Of a stretch of 64,000 nt of DNA, positions 18,231-27,667 are shown one piece after another (position 1 is the first letter of the stretch; the number at the start of each line of letters is the position of its first letter). Below the pieces are notes generated by a model, which saw only the letters and a list, made by a program, of their open reading frames with translations, made no database searches and had not been told where the DNA came from. The position numbers and the translations under genes are program-made. The stretch spans positions 5,803-69,802 of the forward strand of contig JAQWDH010000005.1 of assembly GCA_028705565.1 (NCBI GenBank). The letters run 5' to 3'. The stretch comes from Patescibacteria group bacterium. Lineage in GTDB: Bacteria > Patescibacteriota > Patescibacteriia > Magasanikbacterales > GWA2-37-8.

Positions 18231-18947
18231 TTATTTTTTCTTTCTGAATAAATACAGCTGTTGCAATCCCATTAAAACCGTGCTGAAAAACCAATATAAG
18301 GTTAATCCGGCAGGCAAGCTCAAACCGATAAACACTGTCATAACCGGCATAAAATACAGCATTTGTTTGTTCATTGTCGCCATCATGCCTTCGTCCTTGC
18401 CTCCGGCGCCGGCTTCTTTCGGCGGTTGTTTTTTTATAGTCATCCTCGCCTGCCAATATTGCGCCAACCCGGCCAGCGCTGCCAACGCAACGTTCGCTTT
18501 CGCCATATCAAAATAACCCAAAGAAATCGGATTGATTTGACCCGGATTGGAAACAAACGAGTATAAACTATCGGATAAATTCGCTGATGCCAAACCGTCG
18601 CGCAAAACCGCGTATAAAGCTATAAGTATCGGAAGCTGAACCAAAAGAGGCAAACACGAAGCGAACGGATTTACTTTATTGTTTTTATACATTTCCATTA
18701 TCGCCTGCGTTTGTTTTTGTTTGTCATCCGCGTATTGTTTTTTAATTTCATCCAATTTCGGCTGAATTTCTTGCATTGACTTTTGAGCTTTTATGGATGA
18801 ATTTGTAAGCGGGTAAACCGCCAAACGCACCAAAATCGTAACGACTAAAATTACCGCGCCGACATCGTGCCCCGGAATTAAATTATACAATCCGACAAAA
18901 GCGTTAAATATCGGCTGGTAAAGAATGACGTGAAAAAGATTTAACAT
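18231..18947 (-). CDS. yidC: YidC/Oxa1 membrane protein insertase
   Basis: TILVRL..YPL, MQEIQPKL, NPFASCLPLLVQLPI, LPAGLTLYW. Confidence 0.93.
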   Translation of the reverse strand: MLNLFHVILYQPIFNAFVGLYNLIPGHDVGAVILVVTILVRLAVYPLTNSSIKAQKSMQEIQPKLDEIKKQYADDKQKQTQAIMEMYKNNKVNPFASCLPLLVQLPILIALYAVLRDGLASANLSDSLYSFVSNPGQINPISLGYFDMAKANVALAALAGLAQYWQARMTIKKQPPKEAGAGGKDEGMMATMNKQMLYFMPVMTVFIGLSLPAGLTLYWFFSTVLMGLQQLYLFRKKK

Positions 18948-18961
18948 AGATATTATTTATT

Positions 18962-20266
18962 TTATTTTTCTTTTGTTTCTTTCGCTTTTTTTACTTTTTT
19001 CTTTTTGATCGTTTTTTCTTTGTCGGATTTTTTCAGTTCTTCATTTTTAACAGGAGCCGCTTCTTTATTTTCCGATTCAACAATTTCGTCAGTATTTTCT
19101 TCGCTGTCAATGCTTGAAACTTCGTTGTTCGTTCCGTCTTCTTTTACTTTTATATTCCAGCCGGTAAGCTGAGCCGCTAAGCGTACATTCTGTCCGCTAT
19201 GTCCGATTGCCAAAGAAAATTGATCCGGCGCGACAAACACATCGGCGTTTCTCGTTTTTTCGTTAAGCTCAACTTTCAATACCTTGGCTGGAGACAACGC
19301 GTTGGAAATATATTGTTTGGTGTCTTCGTTATATTGAATTATGTCAATTTTTTCTCCGCCAAGTTCCTCAATAATGGTATTGATTCTCCCTCCGCGCTGA
19401 CCAATACAAGAACCGATTGGGTCAATTGATTCGTCTTTTGAAGCGACAGCGACTTTTGAACGCCATCCGGCGTCTCTCGCGACGCCTTTGATTTCAATTT
19501 TGTCTTCGCCGACTTCGGGAATTTCCTGTTTAAAAATTTCGCGCACCAAACCTTCATTGCTGCGTGATAAAATTATCTCCGGTCCGCGCGGAGTCATATC
19601 CACGAATAAAATTAAAACTTTCACGCGGCTTCCTGGACGAAGCCGTTCTTTCATAATTTGTTCTTCCGGAGGAATAATGCCAGAAATTTTTCCCAAATCA
19701 ATCCGCGCTCTGTTGCCTTCAATCTGTTGAACGATGCCTGTGACAATTTTTCCTTCCTGCGATTTGTAATCGCCAAAAACCATATTTCTCTCCGCTTCTC
19801 TCAATTTTTGTATAACAACCTGTTTCGCTGTTTGCGCCGCCATGCGTCCGAAATCGCCTGGAATTTCAAGGGGAATTTCCAGCACATCGCCAATTTTAAC
19901 TTTTTTATCAATTTCTTTCGCAGCCGCGAACATAATCTCTGTTTTAATGTTGAATCGCGGCAAATCAGCTGTTTCTTCTTCCGTAAGTTCACGATTTTCT
20001 TCGCGGGCTTTTTCTCTTCTTGCTGTTAATTCCTCCTGAGCCGCGAGCAAATTTTCTTCGCTAACGTCATCAACAACAGTTTTTACATCCCAAACCTTAA
20101 TATCGCCCTTCTCGGGGTCAAATTTCGCCTTGATGTTTTGTTGTTTATTGCCAAAATCCTTGCGATAAGCAGCGGCCAAAGCCGTTTCTATGGTTTCAAG
20201 CACGGATTCATAAGATAAATTTTTCTCAGCGCAAATTGACTGAATCGCTTTTGTTATTTCCGACAT
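18962..20266 (-). CDS. nusA: Transcription termination/antitermination factor NusA
   Basis: FGRMAAQTAKQV, S1 domain, ARDAGWRSKVAV, CIGQRGGRI, AIGHSGQNVRLAAQLTGW. Confidence 0.98.
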   Translation of the reverse strand: MSEITKAIQSICAEKNLSYESVLETIETALAAAYRKDFGNKQQNIKAKFDPEKGDIKVWDVKTVVDDVSEENLLAAQEELTARREKAREENRELTEEETADLPRFNIKTEIMFAAAKEIDKKVKIGDVLEIPLEIPGDFGRMAAQTAKQVVIQKLREAERNMVFGDYKSQEGKIVTGIVQQIEGNRARIDLGKISGIIPPEEQIMKERLRPGSRVKVLILFVDMTPRGPEIILSRSNEGLVREIFKQEIPEVGEDKIEIKGVARDAGWRSKVAVASKDESIDPIGSCIGQRGGRINTIIEELGGEKIDIIQYNEDTKQYISNALSPAKVLKVELNEKTRNADVFVAPDQFSLAIGHSGQNVRLAAQLTGWNIKVKEDGTNNEVSSIDSEENTDEIVESENKEAAPVKNEELKKSDKEKTIKKKKVKKAKETKEK

Positions 20267-20356
20267 ATATTTAAGTTAAAATTATTAATAATATAATAGC
20301 ACAAATGACGTATTTAATGAAGAAAGAGCGTCGTATGAACGCTCTTAATAATATAT

Positions 20357-20385
20357 AGAATAGCAAAAAATAAAATTTTTGTCAA
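20357..20385 (-). promoter_or_regulatory. Sigma70 promoter for nusA
   Basis: TTGACA-17 bp-TATTCT with extended TG. Confidence 0.65.
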
Positions 20386-20424
20386 TATTGCTTGGGTTGT
20401 CCTACCGGCAAGCAGGTCTCTCCA

Positions 20425-20733
20425 TTACTGTAATTTGAGGAGTTCAGAGAGAGCTACTATTTCTCTTTCTAAAAATAGCTTTTTTTCCACATAATCGCTT
20501 TTTGCCTTTGGATCTTTCTCCTCCTTTATTTTTTCACATAACTCCTCTCGGAGTTTGTAAAGCTTTTCAATTTCTTCTTTATCTTTTTCGCCACTAGACC
20601 AAGAAATTGCTATGTCCAATTTTTCTTCCTCTACTTTATTTTTTGGATTTGGATTTAGCTCATCTAAATAATTTTTAAGTTCATCCTCAATCTCAATAAA
20701 ATCCTCTGTTTCATTTGGTTTTTTATTTGTCAT
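20425..20733 (-). CDS. Hypothetical protein (charged, helical)
   Basis: 102-aa ORF with GGGAG RBS. Confidence 0.65.
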   Translation of the reverse strand: MTNKKPNETEDFIEIEDELKNYLDELNPNPKNKVEEEKLDIAISWSSGEKDKEEIEKLYKLREELCEKIKEEKDPKAKSDYVEKKLFLEREIVALSELLKLQ

Positions 20734-20853
20734 TTTTTTCTCCCTTTTTTAATCTTTTTTTTATATTTTAAAGGACCGCTTAATTTAAATTAAACCATAT
20801 TTAAAAAATTTGGTCAATCGCCTGTACAATACAGGACTGTCGCCGAATGTGTT

Positions 20854-20975
20854 TGTCATTCCGACCATAGCGAAGCGAAGTGGAGGAATCCCTCTTACGG
20901 TCAATGGACGACTGGCGACAGACGACGGACAGACAAAAGGGATTCCTCCACTCATTTCATTCGGTCGGAATGACA
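20854..20975. repeat. Family A palindromic element nested in an outer 12-bp inverted repeat
   Basis: TGTCATTCCGACC...GGTCGGAATGACA; inner GTGGAGGAATCCC/GGGATTCCTCCAC; outer CTGTCGCCGAAT (20837-20848)/ATTCGGCGACAG (20995-21006). Confidence 0.9.
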
Positions 20976-21031
20976 GAATGAAATGATTTTTGTTATTCGG
21001 CGACAGCCTCAATACACATTCAGTGAAAGGT

Positions 21032-21877
21032 CTATCTTATCACAACATCCCCTTCTTCGTCTGTCCGCAAAATATCGGCTCCGGCGCGTTCAAGTCGGCG
21101 CATGGCCCTCAAAGAAGGATGACCGAATTTATTTTTACCGACTGAGATAATCGCCGTATCCGGACTTACAACTTCAAGTAAAATTTCGCCTGTTGAACTG
21201 TCGCTTCCGTGATGCCCGACTTTTAAAATCTCCGCTTCAAGTTCCGGACAATCGTCCGCCGACTCGCCGCAATATTTTTCAACCAACGCTTTTTCCAAAA
21301 TTTCTTCCATATCTCCGGCAAACAAAACCGACGTAAAAGAATTCGTAAATTTAAAAACCACCGACCGATTATTATTGTCCGCGTTTTTCAAATCCAAACT
21401 CAACGAATCGTCAGGAGCCAAAAATTCAAATTTATTTCCTTCCAAATTCCAAACTTCCGGCTTTATTATTGTTGTAATTTTTTCAACTTCTTTTTTAGCC
21501 GTATTGTCCCACGCCACCCAAAATTGGTCGTCTTTTTTTTCTGTTCCGTTGGTAACAATATTTTTTACTTCGTATCTTTTTAAAACATCAACGCATCCTC
21601 CGTAATGGTCGGTGTCAGGATGGGAAATTATCAAATAATCAATTTCTCTGTCAAAAAAAGGCAGGTACTTGCCAAGCTTGGATAAAATTTTTCTGTCCTG
21701 TCCGCAGTCAACCAAAATTTTTGTTCCGCTTTCCAAACGAATCAAAGCCGCGTCTCCCTGTCCAACATTAAAAAATACGATGCTGAATTTTTTATCGCCT
21801 GAAAAAAAATGAATATACGTCAAAAGCCCGATTGTGAGTAATAATAAAATCAATAAAACGATAGGTATTTTACGCAT
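21032..21877 (-). CDS. ComEC/Rec2-type metallo-beta-lactamase domain protein
   Basis: FFNVGQGDA, ISHPDTDHYGG, LFAGD, LKVGHHGS, FGHPS. Confidence 0.92.
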   Translation of the reverse strand: MRKIPIVLLILLLLTIGLLTYIHFFSGDKKFSIVFFNVGQGDAALIRLESGTKILVDCGQDRKILSKLGKYLPFFDREIDYLIISHPDTDHYGGCVDVLKRYEVKNIVTNGTEKKDDQFWVAWDNTAKKEVEKITTIIKPEVWNLEGNKFEFLAPDDSLSLDLKNADNNNRSVVFKFTNSFTSVLFAGDMEEILEKALVEKYCGESADDCPELEAEILKVGHHGSDSSTGEILLEVVSPDTAIISVGKNKFGHPSLRAMRRLERAGADILRTDEEGDVVIR

Positions 21878-21892
21878 AATTCATTATAAGTT

Positions 21893-22498
21893 TCACTTTC
21901 TTGCCACTATTATTTGGTTTATCCATACGCCGCTTTCCTTAATAAAAATTTCTTTTTCAATTTTAAAAGCCAACAATTCCAAAATTTCTATAATTCTATC
22001 CGGACGATGATAAAATGATTCAATTTTAATTTTGCCATCTTTTGTATTAATCTCAGGAGGGTCTTTTTGATTGATGTTCGTAATGAGCAGACGACCTCTG
22101 TTTTTTAACACGCGATACGCTTCATCAAAAAATCTTTTTGGATTTTTCAAATGCACGATTAGAAATTCCGCAGCCACCAAATCAAATTCTTCATCCGCAA
22201 AAGGCATGCTCTCCGCACCTCCCAACGCGGTGATGATTTTTTTATTTTTTCTTTGCAAAATTTTAAGCATTTGTTCCGAAACGTCCAAAGCCGTAACTAT
22301 CGCGCCTTTTTTTGCCAATTCAACAGCCAACCTCCCTGTTCCGGCTCCGACATCAAGAATTTTTTTGCCATTAACATCTTCAAACAAAGGAACTGTTTTT
22401 CCTTGTTCAAAACTGTTAAGATATTTTTCTTTTTTATCATAGTTCTCGGCCGCCAAATCATATCCTGCGCGAGAAGATAAAAATTTAATTTTTGACAT
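21893..22498 (-). CDS. Class I SAM-dependent methyltransferase
   Basis: ILDVGAGTGR, LDVSEQML, FDLV, EAYRVLK. Confidence 0.9.
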   Translation of the reverse strand: MSKIKFLSSRAGYDLAAENYDKKEKYLNSFEQGKTVPLFEDVNGKKILDVGAGTGRLAVELAKKGAIVTALDVSEQMLKILQRKNKKIITALGGAESMPFADEEFDLVAAEFLIVHLKNPKRFFDEAYRVLKNRGRLLITNINQKDPPEINTKDGKIKIESFYHRPDRIIEILELLAFKIEKEIFIKESGVWINQIIVARK

Positions 22499-23999
22499 AT
22501 AATAATTTGTTTACCACCCAAACAATAAACCCGTATATTGCGACCATTCCCCACCACGGAAGAAAAAAATCCATCGCGGATAAATTCCAACCGCCTATTT
22601 TTTCCGCTATCATTATAACATAATTCAAACCGATGCCCACAATCCAGGCGACAACTTGCCCGAAAGGAAACCAAACAAAACTCAAAACAACAGCCAAAAA
22701 ACCGAAAAACATCAAATAAGGAACAATCCACAAAATCAAAACATTGGCTACCGGAGCGATCGCGGATAATCGACCGAATTGAAATAAAATCAGAGGCAAG
22801 GTGGCGATAATGGCGGAAAAAGTCGGAGCTAAAATTTGTTTAAACAACGAGGATTTGTTTTTTCCACCTAAAAACGGACTTAGATAAACGATTCCGGCGG
22901 TTGCCAAAAAAGACAACTGAAATCCCGCGTCCCAAACAAGAACATACGGATTAAACAAAAGCATCAACGCCGCCGCCAAAGCCAAAACATATCCTACGCG
23001 CGATAATCTGCCTAAACGCTCGGCGATTAAAAGCACAACACCCATAATTCCGGCGCGCATAACCGAAGCTGAAGCGCCAGTAAAAATGACAAAAACGCAA
23101 ATACCAAAAATCGCAAGCCAAAAAGCTTGACGCCTGTATAATCCGGCTGAAACCAAAAAAATCATAAAAGCCGCGGCAATAATGTTTATATTATAACCTG
23201 ACACAGCGACAATATGCGAAATGCCGGCTCTATTAAAATTTTCTTTCAAATCATCGGGTATTCCGGAACGCGCGCCGTAAAGCAATCCTGATAAAAGTCC
23301 GCTGTCCGGTTCAGGCCATAATTTTTCTATCTGTTCGTTTATCCTAGTTTTTAACCGTAAAATATTTTTTAAAACAAAATTTCCCTCGTCCGCGCCGATT
23401 TTTTCAATTTTCGCGTTTACGCATATTGACCAAATTCCGTCTTTCGCCAAATATCTGTCGTATCTGAAATTTCCATCAGGACTGTTTCGCGGACTTTTCA
23501 AATCGCACGATATTTTTAACTTATCTCCATATTCGTAGCGTGGATACAACAGGCCTTCAACTAACGCGCGTCCGGAAACTTTTTTATTGGAAGACGCTTC
23601 TAAATCATAAATAAATTCTGTTTTAATAATATATTTAACGCTGTCAGGACGGATGTCCGGCTCGCCCACCACCCAACCTATGATTTTTCCTCTCTCTCCG
23701 TTGTAATATAAAATGTTTTTCGCGTCTCCGGATGGAACGCTAATAAAAAAACGAATAGCTCCCAAAACAAAAAATAAAACGCAAAAAAACAAAAATCTGC
23801 TGTTTATATTTTTCCAAAAAATCGCAATCGCGAAAACCAAACACCAAAAAACAACAAATAAATAAAATAAAATATTTTTTTCAATGTCCGAATAAGAAAA
23901 AATGCCGACTCCTGAAATAAAACAAAAACAGAGCATAAGAAATGCCCCGCTTTTTGAATTGATAATTTTTTCAACAACATTCTCTTTCCGAAATGTCAT
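22485..23999 (-). CDS. comEC: ComEC DNA uptake channel (OB plus competence domain)
   Basis: GISHIVAVSGYN, SASVMRAGIM, DAGFQLSFLAT. Confidence 0.93.
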   Translation of the reverse strand: MTFRKENVVEKIINSKSGAFLMLCFCFISGVGIFSYSDIEKNILFYLFVVFWCLVFAIAIFWKNINSRFLFFCVLFFVLGAIRFFISVPSGDAKNILYYNGERGKIIGWVVGEPDIRPDSVKYIIKTEFIYDLEASSNKKVSGRALVEGLLYPRYEYGDKLKISCDLKSPRNSPDGNFRYDRYLAKDGIWSICVNAKIEKIGADEGNFVLKNILRLKTRINEQIEKLWPEPDSGLLSGLLYGARSGIPDDLKENFNRAGISHIVAVSGYNINIIAAAFMIFLVSAGLYRRQAFWLAIFGICVFVIFTGASASVMRAGIMGVVLLIAERLGRLSRVGYVLALAAALMLLFNPYVLVWDAGFQLSFLATAGIVYLSPFLGGKNKSSLFKQILAPTFSAIIATLPLILFQFGRLSAIAPVANVLILWIVPYLMFFGFLAVVLSFVWFPFGQVVAWIVGIGLNYVIMIAEKIGGWNLSAMDFFLPWWGMVAIYGFIVWVVNKLLYVKN

Positions 24000-26900
24000 A
24001 CCACAATGCTAACCAATTTTCCTTTTACATAAATTATTTTTTTCGGCTCTTTGCCTTCCAGCCATTTTTGAATTTTTTCACTCGCGAGCGCTTGTTTTTT
24101 AGCTTCTTCTTCGCTTATCTCCGCTGGCGCGATTAAACTATCGCGAACCTTGCCGTTCACCTGCACAACCAAAATAATTTCGTTCTCCATTGCCGATTTG
24201 GCGTCATATTCAGGCCATTTTTCAAAAATTACGCTTTTTTTATGCCCCAACAAACTCCAGATTTCTTCGCAAAAATGCGGGGCGAACGGCGATAATATCT
24301 TAATAAATAAAGAATAATGTTCAATTGATATTGTTTCTTGTTTTGATAATTCATTTGCTAACTCCATCATTTTCGCGATAGCCGTGTTAAAGCGCATCGC
24401 TTCAATGTCTTCGGTGACTTTTTTTATTGTTTGATGAAGCACAGATGTTATTTTGTCATTGCGAGGATTCGCCCAGGGCGAAGATGAAGCAATCCCGTCA
24501 TTTTTTTGTTTAGTTTTGCTTTTAACGACACGGTCAAAAAGAAACCACACTTTCTCCAAAAATCTTTTAGTTCCAACCAATCCGTTGGTATTCCAAGCGC
24601 ACGGCTGACTGAAGGGACCCATAAACATTTCATAAACGCGCATCGCGTCAGCTCCAAATTCCTTTACCACATCGTCCGGGTTTATCACGTTTCCCCAACG
24701 TTTGCTCATCTTGCGACCGTCTTCGGCTAAAATCAATCCGACGCTTTGTAATTTTTCAAACGGCTCTTCTTTATTAACAACGCCGATATCATATAAAAAT
24801 TTATGCCAAAAACGAGCGTAAATAAGATGACGCGTGGCGTGCTCGGCTCCACCGACATAAAAATCAACCGGAAGCCACCAATCAAACGCTTTACTGTAAT
24901 TGGAAATTGGAAAATTGCCTGCCTGCCGGTAGGCAGGGAAATTGGAAATTTTTTTCATGATATACGCGAGATAATACCAACACGACCCAGCCCATTGGGG
25001 CATCGTGTTGGTTTCTCGTTTCGCCGGTCCTCCGCATTTAGGACATTTTACGTTCACCCATTTTTGAATTCCGGCAAGCGGCGACTCGCCCGTGCCTGTC
25101 GGAACATAAGATTTCACATTAGGAAGCTTTATCGGCAATTTATCTTCCGGTATCGCCATCCAACCCGGATTTAATCGTTCACCATTGGAAATTGTCTCCT
25201 TTCGGGAGATATCCTGTGGGAGAAAATTTTCCATTGATTTTTTACACGCTGGGCAAAAAATCAATGGTATTGGTTCTCCCCAATAACGTTGTCTGGAAAA
25301 AACCCAATCGCGCAATTTATAATTTATTTTCCGTTCCCCATATTTTTTGTCTTCCAACCATTTGATTATTTTTTCTTTCGCCTCTTTGGTTGATAAACCG
25401 TCCAAAAATGTTGAATTAACCGACAGTCCATCGCCCGTATAAGCGCTATTTTTTACGAATTTTTCAAAAAGATAATGATGCAGAGGGTCTTTTACTTTTT
25501 CATCCGCTTCTTTTTCAGTTATCCATTCCAATTTGAATTTGTCTTTTTCCTTATCTGTTAAATTTTGCCCTCCATTTTTTTCGTCAGACAATTCAAAAAA
25601 CAAACCGACTGCTTCTATTTCACGATTTACATTTTTAGAGGCGGCAAAATAATGATGATGAATTTTTTCCGATTCGGCTATTAATTTTACATTTTTATAT
25701 CCTGTTTCTTCTTCAATTTCCCTTTGAGCGCATTTAACCGCGTCCTCTCCGTCTTTTAATCCTCCGCCGATAAATAAATTTCCTCCAAATTTTTCGCCCC
25801 AATTCAAAGAAAGAAGTTTATTGTTTTTTGGGTCGCGCACCAATGCCACGATACTGCGACGAAATTCCTCATTGTCTTTTTTCTGTCCGGTAATCGGCTC
25901 TACCACGGTTTTAATCGGCAATCCGTATTTTTTCGCGAATTCCATATCTCTGTCGTCATGCGCCGGCACGGCCATAACAGCTCCGGCGCCATAACCTCCG
26001 ATTACATAATCGGCGACAAAAATAGGCAATTCCTCGCCGTTGACCGGATTTATCGCTTTAATACCTTTAATTTCAACGCCGGTTTTGTCTTTTTGCAGTT
26101 CGCTTCGTTCCAAAACCGTTTTGTGTTTTGCTTTTTCAACATACGCGGCTATGTCAGCGAAATTTTCAATTTTCCTGCCTACCGGTTTACATACCGTAGG
26201 TATGTTTACATACCGTAGGTATGCAGGGAGACAATTTTCAATTAAAGAATGCTCAGGGGCGACAACAACATAAGTCGCGCCGAATAAAGTATCCGGACGA
26301 GTGGTAAAAACCTCCAAAATGTCATTGCGAGGAATTCCCGAAGGGGATGACGAAGCAATCCCACTGTTACCATTATAATTGTTATAAGATTGCTTCGCTT
26401 CACTCGCAATGACAAAACGCACTGTCGCTCCTTCGCTTCTGCCAATCCAATTTTTTTGCATTTCCTTAATCGCTTCAGGCCAATTTTTCAATTTATCCAA
26501 ATCATTTAACAGCCGTTCGGCGTAATCGGTAATTTTTAACACCCATTGTCTCATTGGCTTCTGCTCAACAGCGGAACCGCAACGCTCGCATTTTCCATCC
26601 TCCAAATCCTCATTTGCCAAACCTGTCTGGCACGACGGACACCAATTTATCGGAGCGTATGATTCATAAGCCAAACCTTTTTTAAACATTTGCAAAAACA
26701 TCCATTGCGTCCATTTATAATATTCCGGATCCGTTGTATTTATTTCCCTGCTCCAATCATAAGTAAAACCCAAAAGTCCAAGCTGTTTTTTGAATATCTT
26801 GATATTTTTTTCAGTCGCTACGCGTGGATGAACTTTATTTTTAATGGCGTAATTTTCCGCCGGCAAACCGAAAGCGTCCCATCCCATCGGATGCAAAACA

Positions 26901-27115
26901 TTAAACCCCTGCATTTGTTTCATTCTGGCGATGACATCGGTGGCGATATAACCTTTCGGATGCCCGACATGCAAACCGGCTCCGGAAGGATACGGAAACA
27001 TATCCAAAATATAATACTTCGGCTTGTCAAAAGTTTTTTTGGTTTGAAAAAGTTTTTTCTTTTCCCAATATCTCTGCCACTTTTTCTCAATTTTTTCCGG
27101 ATTATAATTTTTCAT
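23996..27115 (-). CDS. leuS: Leucine--tRNA ligase with inserted NUDIX domain and several repeat-derived inserts
   Basis: MFPYPSGAGLHVGH, WIGRSEG, FTTRPDTLFG, GGAEHA, KMSKR. Confidence 0.98.
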   Translation of the reverse strand: MKNYNPEKIEKKWQRYWEKKKLFQTKKTFDKPKYYILDMFPYPSGAGLHVGHPKGYIATDVIARMKQMQGFNVLHPMGWDAFGLPAENYAIKNKVHPRVATEKNIKIFKKQLGLLGFTYDWSREINTTDPEYYKWTQWMFLQMFKKGLAYESYAPINWCPSCQTGLANEDLEDGKCERCGSAVEQKPMRQWVLKITDYAERLLNDLDKLKNWPEAIKEMQKNWIGRSEGATVRFVIASEAKQSYNNYNGNSGIASSSPSGIPRNDILEVFTTRPDTLFGATYVVVAPEHSLIENCLPAYLRYVNIPTVCKPVGRKIENFADIAAYVEKAKHKTVLERSELQKDKTGVEIKGIKAINPVNGEELPIFVADYVIGGYGAGAVMAVPAHDDRDMEFAKKYGLPIKTVVEPITGQKKDNEEFRRSIVALVRDPKNNKLLSLNWGEKFGGNLFIGGGLKDGEDAVKCAQREIEEETGYKNVKLIAESEKIHHHYFAASKNVNREIEAVGLFFELSDEKNGGQNLTDKEKDKFKLEWITEKEADEKVKDPLHHYLFEKFVKNSAYTGDGLSVNSTFLDGLSTKEAKEKIIKWLEDKKYGERKINYKLRDWVFSRQRYWGEPIPLIFCPACKKSMENFLPQDISRKETISNGERLNPGWMAIPEDKLPIKLPNVKSYVPTGTGESPLAGIQKWVNVKCPKCGGPAKRETNTMPQWAGSCWYYLAYIMKKISNFPAYRQAGNFPISNYSKAFDWWLPVDFYVGGAEHATRHLIYARFWHKFLYDIGVVNKEEPFEKLQSVGLILAEDGRKMSKRWGNVINPDDVVKEFGADAMRVYEMFMGPFSQPCAWNTNGLVGTKRFLEKVWFLFDRVVKSKTKQKNDGIASSSPWANPRNDKITSVLHQTIKKVTEDIEAMRFNTAIAKMMELANELSKQETISIEHYSLFIKILSPFAPHFCEEIWSLLGHKKSVIFEKWPEYDAKSAMENEIILVVQVNGKVRDSLIAPAEISEEEAKKQALASEKIQKWLEGKEPKKIIYVKGKLVSIVV
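24454..24530. repeat. Degenerate family A element in-frame within leuS
   Basis: TGTCATTGCGAGG...GAAGCAATCCC arm intact; encodes VVKSKTKQKNDGIASSSPWANPRND. Confidence 0.8.
24918..24937. repeat. CCTGCCTGCCGGTAGGCAGG palindrome (family B) in-frame within leuS
   Basis: Near-perfect 20-bp palindrome flanked by AATTGGA heptamers; encodes PAYRQAG. Confidence 0.85.
26174..26227. repeat. Family B element interrupted by a 2x19-bp hairpin repeat, in-frame within leuS
   Basis: CCTGCCTACCGG + TTTACATACCGTAGGTATG x2 (26186-26223) + CAGG. Confidence 0.8.
26320..26414. repeat. Full family A element in-frame within leuS
   Basis: TGTCATTGCGAG...CTCGCAATGACA termini, CGAAGCAATC/GATTGCTTCG arms; encodes VIASEAKQS...GIASSSPSGIPRND. 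Confidence 0.92.
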
Positions 27116-27251
27116 GCAATTAATGTTATCTTTTTAATTTTATCCAAAATAAACAAAAAAAGCAACCCTTATATTGACAACGCCCAATTTATATGCCAAA
27201 ATTAAATAGCTCTTTAAAAAAATAAATAGCTTGCCTACCAAGGAGGAAAAA

Positions 27252-27356
27252 ATGAATACAACGACAGCATTACTCTATTTCCTTTTAATCTTAACAATTG
27301 CCGCCCTACTTACATTGGCGACGATTGAAATTTACAACACATATTTTCTTTATTAG
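27252..27356 (+). CDS. Small single-TM protein 1 (34 aa)
   Basis: AGGAGG RBS; MNTTTALLYFLLILTIAALLTLATIEIYNTYFLY. Confidence 0.65.
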   Translation: MNTTTALLYFLLILTIAALLTLATIEIYNTYFLY

Positions 27357-27366
27357 GAGGTAAAAA

Positions 27367-27516
27367 ATGAAAAAGGTGTTAAAAGGAATACTTATTTTTT
27401 TTGCTTTTTTATTATTAACAATTCCGATTGTCCTTATATACTGGGTATTCTGCCCTGTATATAGTAAACGTCTATTGGAAGAATTAGAATTAGACAAGGA
27501 GGAAAGAAATGTTTGA
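27367..27516 (+). CDS. Small single-TM protein 2 (49 aa)
   Basis: AGGAGGT RBS; MKKVLKGILIFFAFLLLTIPIVLIYWVFCPVYSKRLLEELELDKEERNV. Confidence 0.7.
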   Translation: MKKVLKGILIFFAFLLLTIPIVLIYWVFCPVYSKRLLEELELDKEERNV

Positions 27517-27667
27517 TAATATTTACACAAATTTTGTTTTTATTTTAACTGCTGTTAGTATTATTTCTTACATTATTTTCAAAGCCGTATCATATATTGC
27601 GGCTTGGAGAATAAAAAAATTCACTGAAAAAATAATTAAAGAGGAGGAAAAAAATGCCTCCAAATAA
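27509..27667 (+). CDS. Small single-TM protein 3 (52 aa)
   Basis: AAGGAGG RBS; MFDNIYTNFVFILTAVSIISYIIFKAVSYIAAWRIKKFTEKIIKEEEKNASK. Confidence 0.7.
   Translation: MFDNIYTNFVFILTAVSIISYIIFKAVSYIAAWRIKKFTEKIIKEEEKNASK

Noticed and set aside
20785-21012. 75-aa ORF (also 14645-14842, 1645-1887, 33596-33802, 45688-45876)
   Set aside because: These read through palindromic or tandem repeats and lack RBS or domain signal; likely spurious
21032-23999. Split ComEC (membrane part and MBL domain as separate genes)
   Set aside because: Both ORFs are intact and split ComEC is common; not a pseudogene or novelty
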